Assembly (NCBI GenBank): GCA_045106895.1
Contig: JBGCFM010000075.1
Coordinates: forward strand, 1-38,781
Origin: Polyangiales bacterium
Lineage (GTDB): Bacteria > Myxococcota_A > Polyangia > Polyangiales > Houyiibacteriaceae
Length of the DNA stretch: 38,781 bases
Direction: 5' to 3'
Shown here: one piece after another, positions 9,891 to 17,492 of the stretch
Position numbering within the stretch: position 1 is the stretch's first letter
Layout of the letters: every line of letters begins with the position of its first letter
Position numbers and translations under genes: made by a program
The notes under the pieces: generated by a model
Database searches by the model: none
What the model was told of the DNA's origin: nothing
The model's input: only the letters and a program-made list of their open reading frames with translations

Positions 9891-10040
9891 AGTTTGGACG
9901 CATACTTGCCCAGATTGAGTCGTCTGGGCGAACCTTTCGCCCTAATGACCCGTAACGGCGCAGAGGCGAGCGCATATGGCCGTTGCAGGTTTGTAGCCGC
10001 AAAGGTACCGTCTGGCCCATCCGCTGAGAGTCCCGCTTTC

Positions 10041-10289
10041 ATGACTTCCTTATCCCTCAAGAACACGCTCGTTGCGCTCGCCACCGCCTCTCTTGGCGTA
10101 GCCGGCTGCGCTGGTGATGCGCCCGTCGAGAGTTCGGAAGCGGAGAGCACGGGAGGCGGCGAAGCCGAGGCGTCGTGCGGCGGCGAGGCGTCATGCAGTG
10201 GCACCAGCGAGAGCCAAGCGGACAGCTCGAACGAGACCGAAGAGACCACCGAGGCAGAAGCTTCATGTGGCGAGGGGTCTTGTGGATGA
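10041..10289 (+). CDS. Candidate MNIO RiPP precursor 1: acidic lipoprotein with EASC(G/S) repeats ending EASCGEGSCG (82 aa)
   Basis: ATG at 10041; MTSLSLKNTLVALATASLGVAGC lipobox; 4 further Cys in EASCG/EASCS/EGSCG; paralog of the next ORF; upstream of DUF692. Confidence 0.85.
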   Translation: MTSLSLKNTLVALATASLGVAGCAGDAPVESSEAESTGGGEAEASCGGEASCSGTSESQADSSNETEETTEAEASCGEGSCG

Positions 10290-10332
10290 ACTTCGCACCA
10301 GGTGGACGGTCCACCCGGAGCAGAGATTGGTT

Positions 10333-10382
10333 TTGCGGCGCGCTAGTCGAACAAACGGTTAGTGCCGGCGCGATTTTTTTTT
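10333..10382 (+). terminator. Terminator-like hairpin after precursor 1
   Basis: GCGCTAGTCG / CGGTTAGTGC stem (with G-U pairs, imperfectly extendable) followed by a 9-T run at 10374-10382. Confidence 0.5.
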
Positions 10383-10398
10383 GAATTTCGGAGACAAC

Positions 10399-10680
10399 AT
10401 GAACAGCACCCTGAAGCAGACTCTGGTCGCAATGGCGACCGCATCCCTTGGCCTTGCAACCGCTTGCGGTGGTGGGGAAGCAGAAAGCGCTGAAAGCGGC
10501 GGAACCGAAGGCGGCGAAGCAGAAGCATCCTGCGGCGGCACAGCAGAAGGCACGGAAGCATCCTGCGGCGGCGCAGCAGAAGGCACGGAAGCCTCTTGCG
10601 GCGGTGCAGAAGGCGCCACCGAAGGCGAAGCAGCAGCCGAAGGCGGCGAAGCTTCCTGCGGCGAAGGCTCCTGCGGCTGA
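10399..10680 (+). CDS. Candidate MNIO RiPP precursor 2: acidic lipoprotein-like protein with 4x EASCG plus terminal EGSCG (93 aa)
   Basis: GGAG Shine-Dalgarno at 10390-10393, ATG at 10399; MNSTLKQTLVAMATASLGLATAC signal; 5 core Cys; directly upstream of DUF692. Confidence 0.88.
   Translation: MNSTLKQTLVAMATASLGLATACGGGEAESAESGGTEGGEAEASCGGTAEGTEASCGGAAEGTEASCGGAEGATEGEAAAEGGEASCGEGSCG
10522..10614 (+). repeat. 33-bp tandem repeat (about 2.8 copies) encoding EASCGG(T/A)AEGT inside precursor 2
   Basis: GAAGCATCCTGCGGCGGC(A/G)CAGCAGAAGGCACG at 10522-10554 and 10555-10587; degenerate third copy from 10588. Confidence 0.85.
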
Positions 10681-10743
10681 GTCGGGTGGCGCCACAGTCC
10701 CAAGGCTTTGGTCTTGATGACAGGCGCCAACGTATTACGACTG

Positions 10744-10780
10744 AAGGGTCACAGCCACTGGCTGTGGCCCTTTCGTTTTT
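10744..10780 (+). terminator. Intrinsic terminator between the precursor genes and the DUF692 gene
   Basis: 13-bp stem AAGGGTCACAGCC-ACT-GGCTGTGGCCCTT (one G-U) followed by TCGTTTTT. Confidence 0.7.
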
Positions 10781-10822
10781 CGAGCACTTTGTAAATCTTC
10801 CCCTTCAACCTGCGCGGCGAAC

Positions 10823-11689
10823 ATGAGCACCCCAACCGGAATCGGGCTTGGCCTTCGAGTCACCATGGCCGACGAGTTCCTTCGGCGACTCCCCAAAGAG
10901 GTGAGCTGGGTCGAAGTGCACCCGGAGAACTACATCGACCGAGGTGGTCTCTATGAAGCCAACCTCCGGAAAGCGCGCGAGCATTACGACGTCGTCACGC
11001 ACGGTCTGACGCTTTCGCTCGGTAGCACAAAGCCTTTCGACCCGGATTTCCTCGCCAAGGTACGTGGACTTGTAACGGACCTGGCGACGCCATGGCATAG
11101 CGATCACCTTTGCTTCGGAGGCTTCGGCGACACCTTCGCACACGATCTCCTGCCGATCCCGTTCACCGACGAAGCCGCCGCCACAGCCGCCGCACGTATT
11201 CGGGAAGTTCGCGACGCTCTCGACGTGGAGGTCGCTTTCGAGAACGTGAGCTACTACGCGCCACAGAGCGAAGACGCCCTCGATGAAGCACGTTTCTGCG
11301 CCGAGGTATTGGCCCTCAGCGACGCAAAGATCTTGCTCGATGTGAACAACGTCTACGTCAACAGTCAGAACTTTGGTTTCGACCCGCGTGAGTTCATCGA
11401 ACTGATCCCGCCCGAACGTGTCGTGCAGATGCATGTGGCAGGTCATCTCATTCGCCCAGACGGCCTACGCATCGACACTCATGGCGAACCCGTCTGTGAC
11501 GACGTCTACGAGCTCCTCGGCTTCGCACTTCGCCACACCGGTCCCAGACCCGTTCTTCTGGAGCGCGACAACAACGTCCCTGACGTCGACACGCTCCTGG
11601 CCGAAGTACGGCGGCTCACAGCCATCTACGACAAGGCTACGGCCGTGCACAACGGGCCTACGACGAACAAGAGCGAGGCGCGTACGTGA
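10823..11689 (+). CDS. DUF692 family multinuclear non-heme iron-dependent oxidase (MNIO; MbnB/TglH/ChrH/HvfB/BufB family)
   Basis: GIGLGLR start, EVHPENY, HGLTLSLG, SDHL, HDLLP, FENV, LLDVNNVYVNSQN, HVAGH, IDTH, LLERD; 288 aa. Confidence 0.95.
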   Translation: MSTPTGIGLGLRVTMADEFLRRLPKEVSWVEVHPENYIDRGGLYEANLRKAREHYDVVTHGLTLSLGSTKPFDPDFLAKVRGLVTDLATPWHSDHLCFGGFGDTFAHDLLPIPFTDEAAATAAARIREVRDALDVEVAFENVSYYAPQSEDALDEARFCAEVLALSDAKILLDVNNVYVNSQNFGFDPREFIELIPPERVVQMHVAGHLIRPDGLRIDTHGEPVCDDVYELLGFALRHTGPRPVLLERDNNVPDVDTLLAEVRRLTAIYDKATAVHNGPTTNKSEART

Positions 11690-12402
11690 ACCTCTCCAAC
11701 TACCAAGAGCGTGTCACCCGCGTCTGCTTTGCCGCGGTGCCCAGTGAAGAAGACCTGAACACTCTGGGGCACAAAGAACGCTGGCTGACCTATCGACGCA
11801 TGGTGCGCACCCGCCTCACGGGAGTCGTGCGTACAGCATTACCGCGCACCTGCGAGCTCCTCGGGGATGAATTTGCGAAGAAGGTCGCAGCTTGGTTCGC
11901 GGAGCACCCTCCAGCTTCCCGTATCTTTCACCGAGTGCCCTCGGAGTTCGCTCGCTTCGTGCTCCCAGCGTTGCCGGCGCCGCAAAGCGACCTGCTGCGT
12001 TTCGAACTGGCAGTGTGGTCGCTGCGCGCGGTGGTCGAAGAGCGCCCCCCCGTCACAGAACTCTCATTCGAAGCGCCCATCGCGCTTCAGTCTGCACTTG
12101 AGATTATCCATCTCACTCACTCCTCCCACCTCAAGGGCGATGACGCTTTCAACCCCGGACCGGTTTGCCTTCTTCTGTATCGAAACGACGAGCATCGAGT
12201 GATGACTCTTCGCATCAACCCCGTCGCAGAGGCGCTCCTACGTGCCTGGATGGAGCCACACGAGAGCCTTGCGTCGGCGGTCCGTGCTGCCGCCGCCAAC
12301 GTCAACGCGACGATGGGCACCAAGTTCATGGACAGTCTAGGTGGCCTCCTCGCAGACTACCTTCAGCGCGGAATCGTGCTGGGGAGCCGCCCGACGCGCT
12401 GA
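11686..12402 (+). CDS. DUF2063-like MNIO partner (putative precursor-recognition protein, HvfC/BufC-like)
   Basis: GTGA start/stop overlap with DUF692; YRRMV...LPRT...LG..F pattern, DLLRFE, LLLYR motif, helical C-terminus; canonical position and size. Confidence 0.82.
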   Translation: MNLSNYQERVTRVCFAAVPSEEDLNTLGHKERWLTYRRMVRTRLTGVVRTALPRTCELLGDEFAKKVAAWFAEHPPASRIFHRVPSEFARFVLPALPAPQSDLLRFELAVWSLRAVVEERPPVTELSFEAPIALQSALEIIHLTHSSHLKGDDAFNPGPVCLLLYRNDEHRVMTLRINPVAEALLRAWMEPHESLASAVRAAAANVNATMGTKFMDSLGGLLADYLQRGIVLGSRPTR

Positions 12403-12403
12403 G

Positions 12404-13330
12404 CTATGCGGCGGCGGTCTCGGCGGCCCGAATCCGCACCAAGTCGTTGATCAGGCCTGCCGCGGAGGCCGCGTCGTCCACGGTGACGACGAAGGTCTTG
12501 GCGTGTGCGAGGGAGAGCTTGATTCCCACCCCGGCGCGAAGCACCAGCGCCGCTTTGCCAACGACCTGCAGCGACCCTCGATAGCCCCAGCCTCCGTAGG
12601 CCATCGGTCGAACATCGACAGGCTCTGCCAAGACGACATCGCGAAGAGGAATCGTCTGCCGTGGAAACGAGAGTGGTCCATACGCGATGTGCATGCCGGC
12701 TTCGTCAATGGACACGGTCACGCGCGCGAACATGACAAGGACGAGGCTCAGGCAACAAAGGCCCGCCGCCGTCACCCACGAAGCGTTCAACAAGACCACG
12801 ACGCCAAGGGCCAAGAGCACGAGGGCTAGGCCCGACATCAACGGCGAGGCGACCTGAGAGAAGAACACGCCGCGTTGTCCGTCACGAAGCCCAATGCTTG
12901 CTCTCTCTTTCGTATCCGCGGCGGGCTTCCGAACCACCTTCCCTACGACCCAAGCAAGCGCACAAGCCGTTCCGACGAAGAGCATGCTCGCCCACAGACT
13001 CAACGACGCTTCTTCCCAAGCGAGCACCCGATGGTTCGCCACGCAGATTCCGGCCCAAACGCCCGTCAATAGCGTGGCGACGAAACTGAGACTCGCAAGC
13101 TCCGTCGGTCCGCTCGAGGTGGCCTCTTTGCGTGAACGAAGCAGCGCGTAGAGCGATGTGCCGCCAATCGCGAGAAGCGCTACGACGAAAGCTATCCCGC
13201 GCGGCGCAGAGCCATTCGCGTGGCCCCAGAGATCCCAGTGGATCGCGATGTCCTCGGGCAGCTCCGCGGCGAGTCCAAACGCGAGGGCCAACATAGGCAG
13301 AAGAGCAATGAACAACTGAACGACACGCAT
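12404..13330 (-). CDS. DUF1648-domain membrane protein (SdpI-like N-terminus)
   Basis: LPEDIAIHWDLWGHANG motif after TM1; several TM helices; C-terminal YGGWGYR PH-like segment; downstream of a GntR gene. Confidence 0.8.
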   Translation of the reverse strand: MRVVQLFIALLPMLALAFGLAAELPEDIAIHWDLWGHANGSAPRGIAFVVALLAIGGTSLYALLRSRKEATSSGPTELASLSFVATLLTGVWAGICVANHRVLAWEEASLSLWASMLFVGTACALAWVVGKVVRKPAADTKERASIGLRDGQRGVFFSQVASPLMSGLALVLLALGVVVLLNASWVTAAGLCCLSLVLVMFARVTVSIDEAGMHIAYGPLSFPRQTIPLRDVVLAEPVDVRPMAYGGWGYRGSLQVVGKAALVLRAGVGIKLSLAHAKTFVVTVDDAASAAGLINDLVRIRAAETAAA

Positions 13331-13342
13331 CGAGGAGCCTTT

Positions 13343-13717
13343 CTAACTTTGTGGAACCTTGCCGCCATCACGAGTGAGCTCCGCGATGAGATTGACGAGC
13401 TCCTCCGCGGAGAGCCCCTGCTGACTCGCTTCGTCCACGAGCCTCTGAGCCAGTACGGAGAGCGCTGTGGGTGCCTTTTGGGGCGCGATCACCGTGGTGC
13501 CCCGCCCTCGCCGCATCTGAATCAGGCCTTCATCGCGAAGTATCGAATAGGCACGAAGAACGGTGTGGAGATTGACCTCCAGCGATGCCGCGAGGGCCTT
13601 CGCCGCCGGCAGCTTCTCTCCGTCGACGGCCCGGCCATCGCGAATCCCATTCCGCAGTTGGTCCGCGATCTGCTTGTAGAGGGGCTCGGAGTTTTTAGAA
13701 TCGAGAACAATCAGCAT
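13343..13717 (-). CDS. GntR family (YtrA subfamily) transcriptional regulator
   Basis: PLYKQIADQL...GEKLPA...LEVNLHTVLRAYSILRDEGLI...RGRGT; short C-terminus, 124 aa. Confidence 0.93.
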   Translation of the reverse strand: MLIVLDSKNSEPLYKQIADQLRNGIRDGRAVDGEKLPAAKALAASLEVNLHTVLRAYSILRDEGLIQMRRGRGTTVIAPQKAPTALSVLAQRLVDEASQQGLSAEELVNLIAELTRDGGKVPQS

Positions 13718-13757
13718 TGTTATAGAACAACCATAACAATGGATTTGCGCCTAGCAA
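13715..13757 (-). promoter_or_regulatory. Putative sigma70-like promoter with an overlapping palindromic YtrA operator
   Basis: Inverted repeat CATTGTTAT-N9-ATAACAATG at 13715-13741; minus strand reads TTGCTA-N16-TATGGT with a TG extension, 12 nt before the ATG. Confidence 0.7.
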
Positions 13758-13813
13758 GCTCTTTTGCGAAGGGAGGGTGTTGCACCAGGCACCAAGTCGC
13801 TAGAGTCGGAGTC

Positions 13814-13990
13814 ATGACGCGCATCTGGCAGCTCCTCGCCCTCCTCGCATTCTCCGCCTCCGTTGCCTGCGGTGGCGGCGGTGCGAGCGACGGAGAAACA
13901 ACACCAACGGACGAGACCTACACCAGCGGTGACGATGACTCCGCAGCGGAGGACGAGCCGCCAGAACCAGGCAACGAAGACCCTTTCTGA
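13814..13990 (+). CDS. Small acidic lipoprotein (58 aa)
   Basis: GGAG Shine-Dalgarno, ATG at 13814; MTRIWQLLALLAFSASVAC signal; low-complexity D/E/G/T-rich mature part. Confidence 0.75.
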   Translation: MTRIWQLLALLAFSASVACGGGGASDGETTPTDETYTSGDDDSAAEDEPPEPGNEDPF

Positions 13991-13991
13991 G

Positions 13992-14372
13992 TCAGTCTTC
14001 CTGCACCAAGGGCTGCTGCATCGCCCAATACATGTAGATCAGAATGCCCGGTGCCGCGCCGAGTCCACCCCCAAGAAGCAACTCGATGGTGAAGAAGTTG
14101 GAGTCTCCGGTGATAGCGGCGCGGGCCAACACGTAGAGCCACGTCCCAAGGACGAAACCGGCTCCACCGATGGCACCTGCCACCGCTCCTCGGAGACGCC
14201 GGGAAGTACCGATTGCGGCGCCCAGTGCCGCGCCCGCGCTCGCGATAAGCACCCACGCACCAAAGGGGAGGAAGTTCCACTCCGGGGTGAACCCCGACGC
14301 GAGGAGTGAGGGAATCGCGACGGAGACGATCGCGATCCATCCTCCGACCTTCTCTGCGAGAGTTTCTTCCAT
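13992..14372 (-). CDS. Hypothetical small Gly-rich membrane protein
   Basis: 126 aa with about 4 hydrophobic segments; fits between neighbours without overlap. Confidence 0.7.
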   Translation of the reverse strand: MEETLAEKVGGWIAIVSVAIPSLLASGFTPEWNFLPFGAWVLIASAGAALGAAIGTSRRLRGAVAGAIGGAGFVLGTWLYVLARAAITGDSNFFTIELLLGGGLGAAPGILIYMYWAMQQPLVQED

Positions 14373-14460
14373 GTGCGTGCTCTAGCATGCTCGCCAGGCG
14401 TATTTGTTCGCCCCCGCTTTCGTCCCTCACGCGGCCCACGCCTCTGGTACATTTCCTACG

Positions 14461-15363
14461 ATGAGCGCGAAGAAGACCCTCGAGTTTCTCAGACGACCAG
14501 GCGACGAACTGACACCGACGGAGGACGAAGGGGCACGCGCGACGATTGCGGGCCGAACCGACGTGGGCATGGTTCGAAGCGGCAACGAAGACCAGTTCGT
14601 GGTCGCATCCCTCGAACGCACCATTCTAGTCGAAGAGTGTGGGCTCGAAGACAACGAGAACACGCGACACAAAGACACGCCCACGGGCCGCCTGATGATG
14701 GTCGCCGATGGCATGGGCGGACAAGTTCACGGCGAAGTGGCGAGCGTTGTCGTCGTCGACGCCATGATGCAATACGCGTTTTCGATCATGCCGTGGCTTC
14801 GCGCCTCGGGCCGTGCCGACGACGAGAAGGTCCTCGCAGAGGGTCTGACCCGCGCGGTGCATCGTTCGCAGGAGCGAATGCAGGAGGTCGCCGATCGAAA
14901 AGGTTACATCGGCGATATGGGAAGCACGCTCACGATGGGCTACATCGCATGGCCAATGCTCTACCTCGTGCATGTCGGCGACAGCCGCGCCTACTTGCAT
15001 CGAGGAGGACGACTCTTTCGTCTGACGAAGGACCACAACCTCGCCGAAGAGATGGTGGCGCAGAACGTACTCACCGCCGAAGAAGCCCGACGCTCACGAT
15101 TCTCGAGTGTCCTGACCAACTCGGTCAGCACGTCCGGAAGCGACCTTCGTGTCGAGTTGCACCAGGTCGAACTGCGCCGCGAAGACCGGTTGCTCCTCTG
15201 CACCGACGGGCTCTACGGAGAACTCACGGATGAGCAGATTCATGACCGCCTCCTCCATGTCGCCAGCGCGGATCTCGTGGCACCCGCCGTCGAGAGCCTG
15301 GTCAAGGCAGCCAACAAGGCTGGCGGCAAAGACAACATCACCGCCGTCCTTGGGCTCTTCTAG
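14461..15363 (+). CDS. PP2C/PPM family Ser/Thr protein phosphatase
   Basis: TDVGMVRSGNED, VADGMGG, HVGDSRAY, LLLCTDGL, GGKDNIT; start placed at ATG 14461. Confidence 0.93.
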   Translation: MSAKKTLEFLRRPGDELTPTEDEGARATIAGRTDVGMVRSGNEDQFVVASLERTILVEECGLEDNENTRHKDTPTGRLMMVADGMGGQVHGEVASVVVVDAMMQYAFSIMPWLRASGRADDEKVLAEGLTRAVHRSQERMQEVADRKGYIGDMGSTLTMGYIAWPMLYLVHVGDSRAYLHRGGRLFRLTKDHNLAEEMVAQNVLTAEEARRSRFSSVLTNSVSTSGSDLRVELHQVELRREDRLLLCTDGLYGELTDEQIHDRLLHVASADLVAPAVESLVKAANKAGGKDNITAVLGLF

Positions 15364-15431
15364 AGAGTTCCTCGGACCAAACACAGCGTGCCTTGCGTTC
15401 GCATGAGAAGCCTATAGACCCAGCTGCATCC

Positions 15432-17492
15432 GTGCGAACGCTTCTCATCGACAACTACGACTCGTTCACGTTCAACCTCTACCAGCTCATCGCCAAGGTA
15501 AACGGGACTCCCCCCATCGTCGTGCGAAACGATGGCGTGACCTGGGCGGAGATCGAAGCGCTCTGCGTCGACAACATCGTCATCTCGCCGGGCCCAGGGC
15601 GGCCCGACCGTCCGGCTGACTTTGGAGTCTCGGCCGACGCGATTCGGCACTCGAAGGTACCAGTGCTCGGGGTCTGCCTTGGTCACCAGGGTCTCGCGAA
15701 CTCTCTAGGAGGCCGTGTGGTCCTCGCGCCCCAAGAGATGCACGGCCGCATCAGCCGCATCCGCCACGACGGAAGCGCTCTGTTCACGAGCATCCCAGAG
15801 AGTTTCGAGGTGGTGCGCTACCACTCGCTCCTCGTAGATGCCGCAAGTCTGCCCGAAACGCTCCTCGCCACGGCCTGGACGGTTGACGGTCTCATCATGG
15901 GGCTCGCGCACAAGACGCGGCCTCTCTACGGCGTGCAGTTTCACCCGGAGTCCATCTCCACCGAGTATGGAGAGCAGCTGCTGTCGAATTTTCGCGCGCT
16001 GACACCAACTCCCACTGCCTCCTCGTCGCGTGGCCCCACGAAAACGCTTGTCCCCGAGGGCCGGAAATCGCCCGGGACCACCGCCTACGACCTCCGCTTC
16101 TTGAAGCTCCCGTGGCATGACCCGGAAACCGCCTTCGATGCGCTCTACGCACAGAGCCCAAGCGCGTTCTGGCTCGACAGCAGCTCCGCCGAACGTTCGC
16201 GCTACTCCTTCATGGGCGACGCCTCGGGTCCGTTGGCGCTGACGCTCCACTATCGACATCGCGAAGCGAGCTGCGTTCTAAGAAGCGTAGATGGGGAAGA
16301 AACACGCCCCGGCAGCGTCTTCGATGTCATGCGCGATGTACTCCGTGAACGCGCGGCGAGCTCCCAGGGCCTTCCCTTCGGGTTTCAAGGCGGCTTCGTC
16401 GGGTACCTCGGGTACGGGCTCAAAGCCGACTGTGGCGGAAGCGATGCACACCCGGCCGCGGAGCCCGATGCGCTACTGCACTTCTGTGACCGCTTCCTGG
16501 CCTTCGACCACCACGAGCGCGCGACGTATGTCGTCACCCTCACGAAAGGAGAGCCCGTTCATTCTTCGGCGTGGATGTCGGACACAGCGTCGAAGCTGTC
16601 GCTTCTGCAGGAGAAAGATCCAACACAAACGCTCCCCAGAATCCAGCCTCACCCCGCGCGGGCGTCACGGGCGAAGCCACGGTACCTCCAGGACATTCAA
16701 GGCTGCCTTGACGCCATTCGGCAGGGGGAAAGCTATGAGCTCTGCCTCACGAATATGCTTCACGTAGACGCGCATGTGGACAGCCTCGCGCTCCACCGTG
16801 AACTCCGCCGACGAAGCCCGGCGCCCTACGCCGCCCTTCTGCGATTTGAGGGGCTTGATGTGGTCTCGTCTTCTCCCGAACGCTTCTTACGAATCGCACG
16901 GGACGGCCGAGTGGAGTCGAAGCCTATCAAGGGCACTCGGCCGCGCGGGGCGACCGTCGCCGAAGACGCTCTTCTCGCCCGTGATCTCGCCACGAGCGAG
17001 AAAGACCGCGCGGAGAATCTCATGATCGTCGATCTCGTCCGCAATGACCTCGGCCAGGTATGCGAGGTAGGAAGCGTTCATGTTCCGAAGCTCATGGACG
17101 TCGAAACCTATGCGTCCGTCCATCAGCTTGTCAGCACCGTTGTTGGGCAGCTCAGGACTGACGCCGACGCCATCGACTGCGTGCAATGTGCTTTCCCTGG
17201 CGGCTCGATGACCGGCGCTCCGAAACGTCGCACGATGCGCCTCCTCGACACCTTTGAGACCGAAGCAAGAAGCGTCTACTCCGGCGCTATCGGCTACCTC
17301 AGCATCGACGGCAGTATCGACCTCAGCATCGCGATCCGATGCGCGTTAGTTCGGGAAGACGACGTACGCATCGGGACCGGCGGGGCCATCGTCGCACTCT
17401 CGGACCCAGAGGAAGAGTTCGAGGAGACCCAGCTCAAAGCGCGCGTAATTCTCGAGGCTCTCGCCGCCGCTCTGTCGCTAGCGCAGGAGTGA
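15432..17492 (+). CDS. pabB: Fused aminodeoxychorismate synthase (PabA-PabB, GATase domain first)
   Basis: LLIDNYDSFTFNL, SPGPG, GVCLGHQ, QFHPES; then SSPERF, KPIKGT, ENLMIVDLVRNDL, FPGGSMTGAPK; start placed at GTG 15432 (track gives 15393). Confidence 0.9.
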   Translation: MRTLLIDNYDSFTFNLYQLIAKVNGTPPIVVRNDGVTWAEIEALCVDNIVISPGPGRPDRPADFGVSADAIRHSKVPVLGVCLGHQGLANSLGGRVVLAPQEMHGRISRIRHDGSALFTSIPESFEVVRYHSLLVDAASLPETLLATAWTVDGLIMGLAHKTRPLYGVQFHPESISTEYGEQLLSNFRALTPTPTASSSRGPTKTLVPEGRKSPGTTAYDLRFLKLPWHDPETAFDALYAQSPSAFWLDSSSAERSRYSFMGDASGPLALTLHYRHREASCVLRSVDGEETRPGSVFDVMRDVLRERAASSQGLPFGFQGGFVGYLGYGLKADCGGSDAHPAAEPDALLHFCDRFLAFDHHERATYVVTLTKGEPVHSSAWMSDTASKLSLLQEKDPTQTLPRIQPHPARASRAKPRYLQDIQGCLDAIRQGESYELCLTNMLHVDAHVDSLALHRELRRRSPAPYAALLRFEGLDVVSSSPERFLRIARDGRVESKPIKGTRPRGATVAEDALLARDLATSEKDRAENLMIVDLVRNDLGQVCEVGSVHVPKLMDVETYASVHQLVSTVVGQLRTDADAIDCVQCAFPGGSMTGAPKRRTMRLLDTFETEARSVYSGAIGYLSIDGSIDLSIAIRCALVREDDVRIGTGGAIVALSDPEEEFEETQLKARVILEALAAALSLAQE

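Noticed and set aside
9834..10040. Extended N-terminus of precursor 1 (151-aa track ORF) and antisense/alternative-frame ORFs over 10057-10730
   Set aside because: The extension overlaps the peptidase gene; alignment with precursor 2 places the start at 10041; the other frames are by-products of the repeats
10287..10794. Selenocysteine read-through at the TGA after SCG in both precursors
   Set aside because: The downstream extensions are unrelated to each other, TGA is a common stop in this window, and both proteins end at the same conserved motif
13220..13813. N-terminal part of the 256-aa track ORF 13220..13990
   Set aside because: Antisense to the GntR gene; only the last 58 codons, with a Shine-Dalgarno and lipoprotein signal, look real
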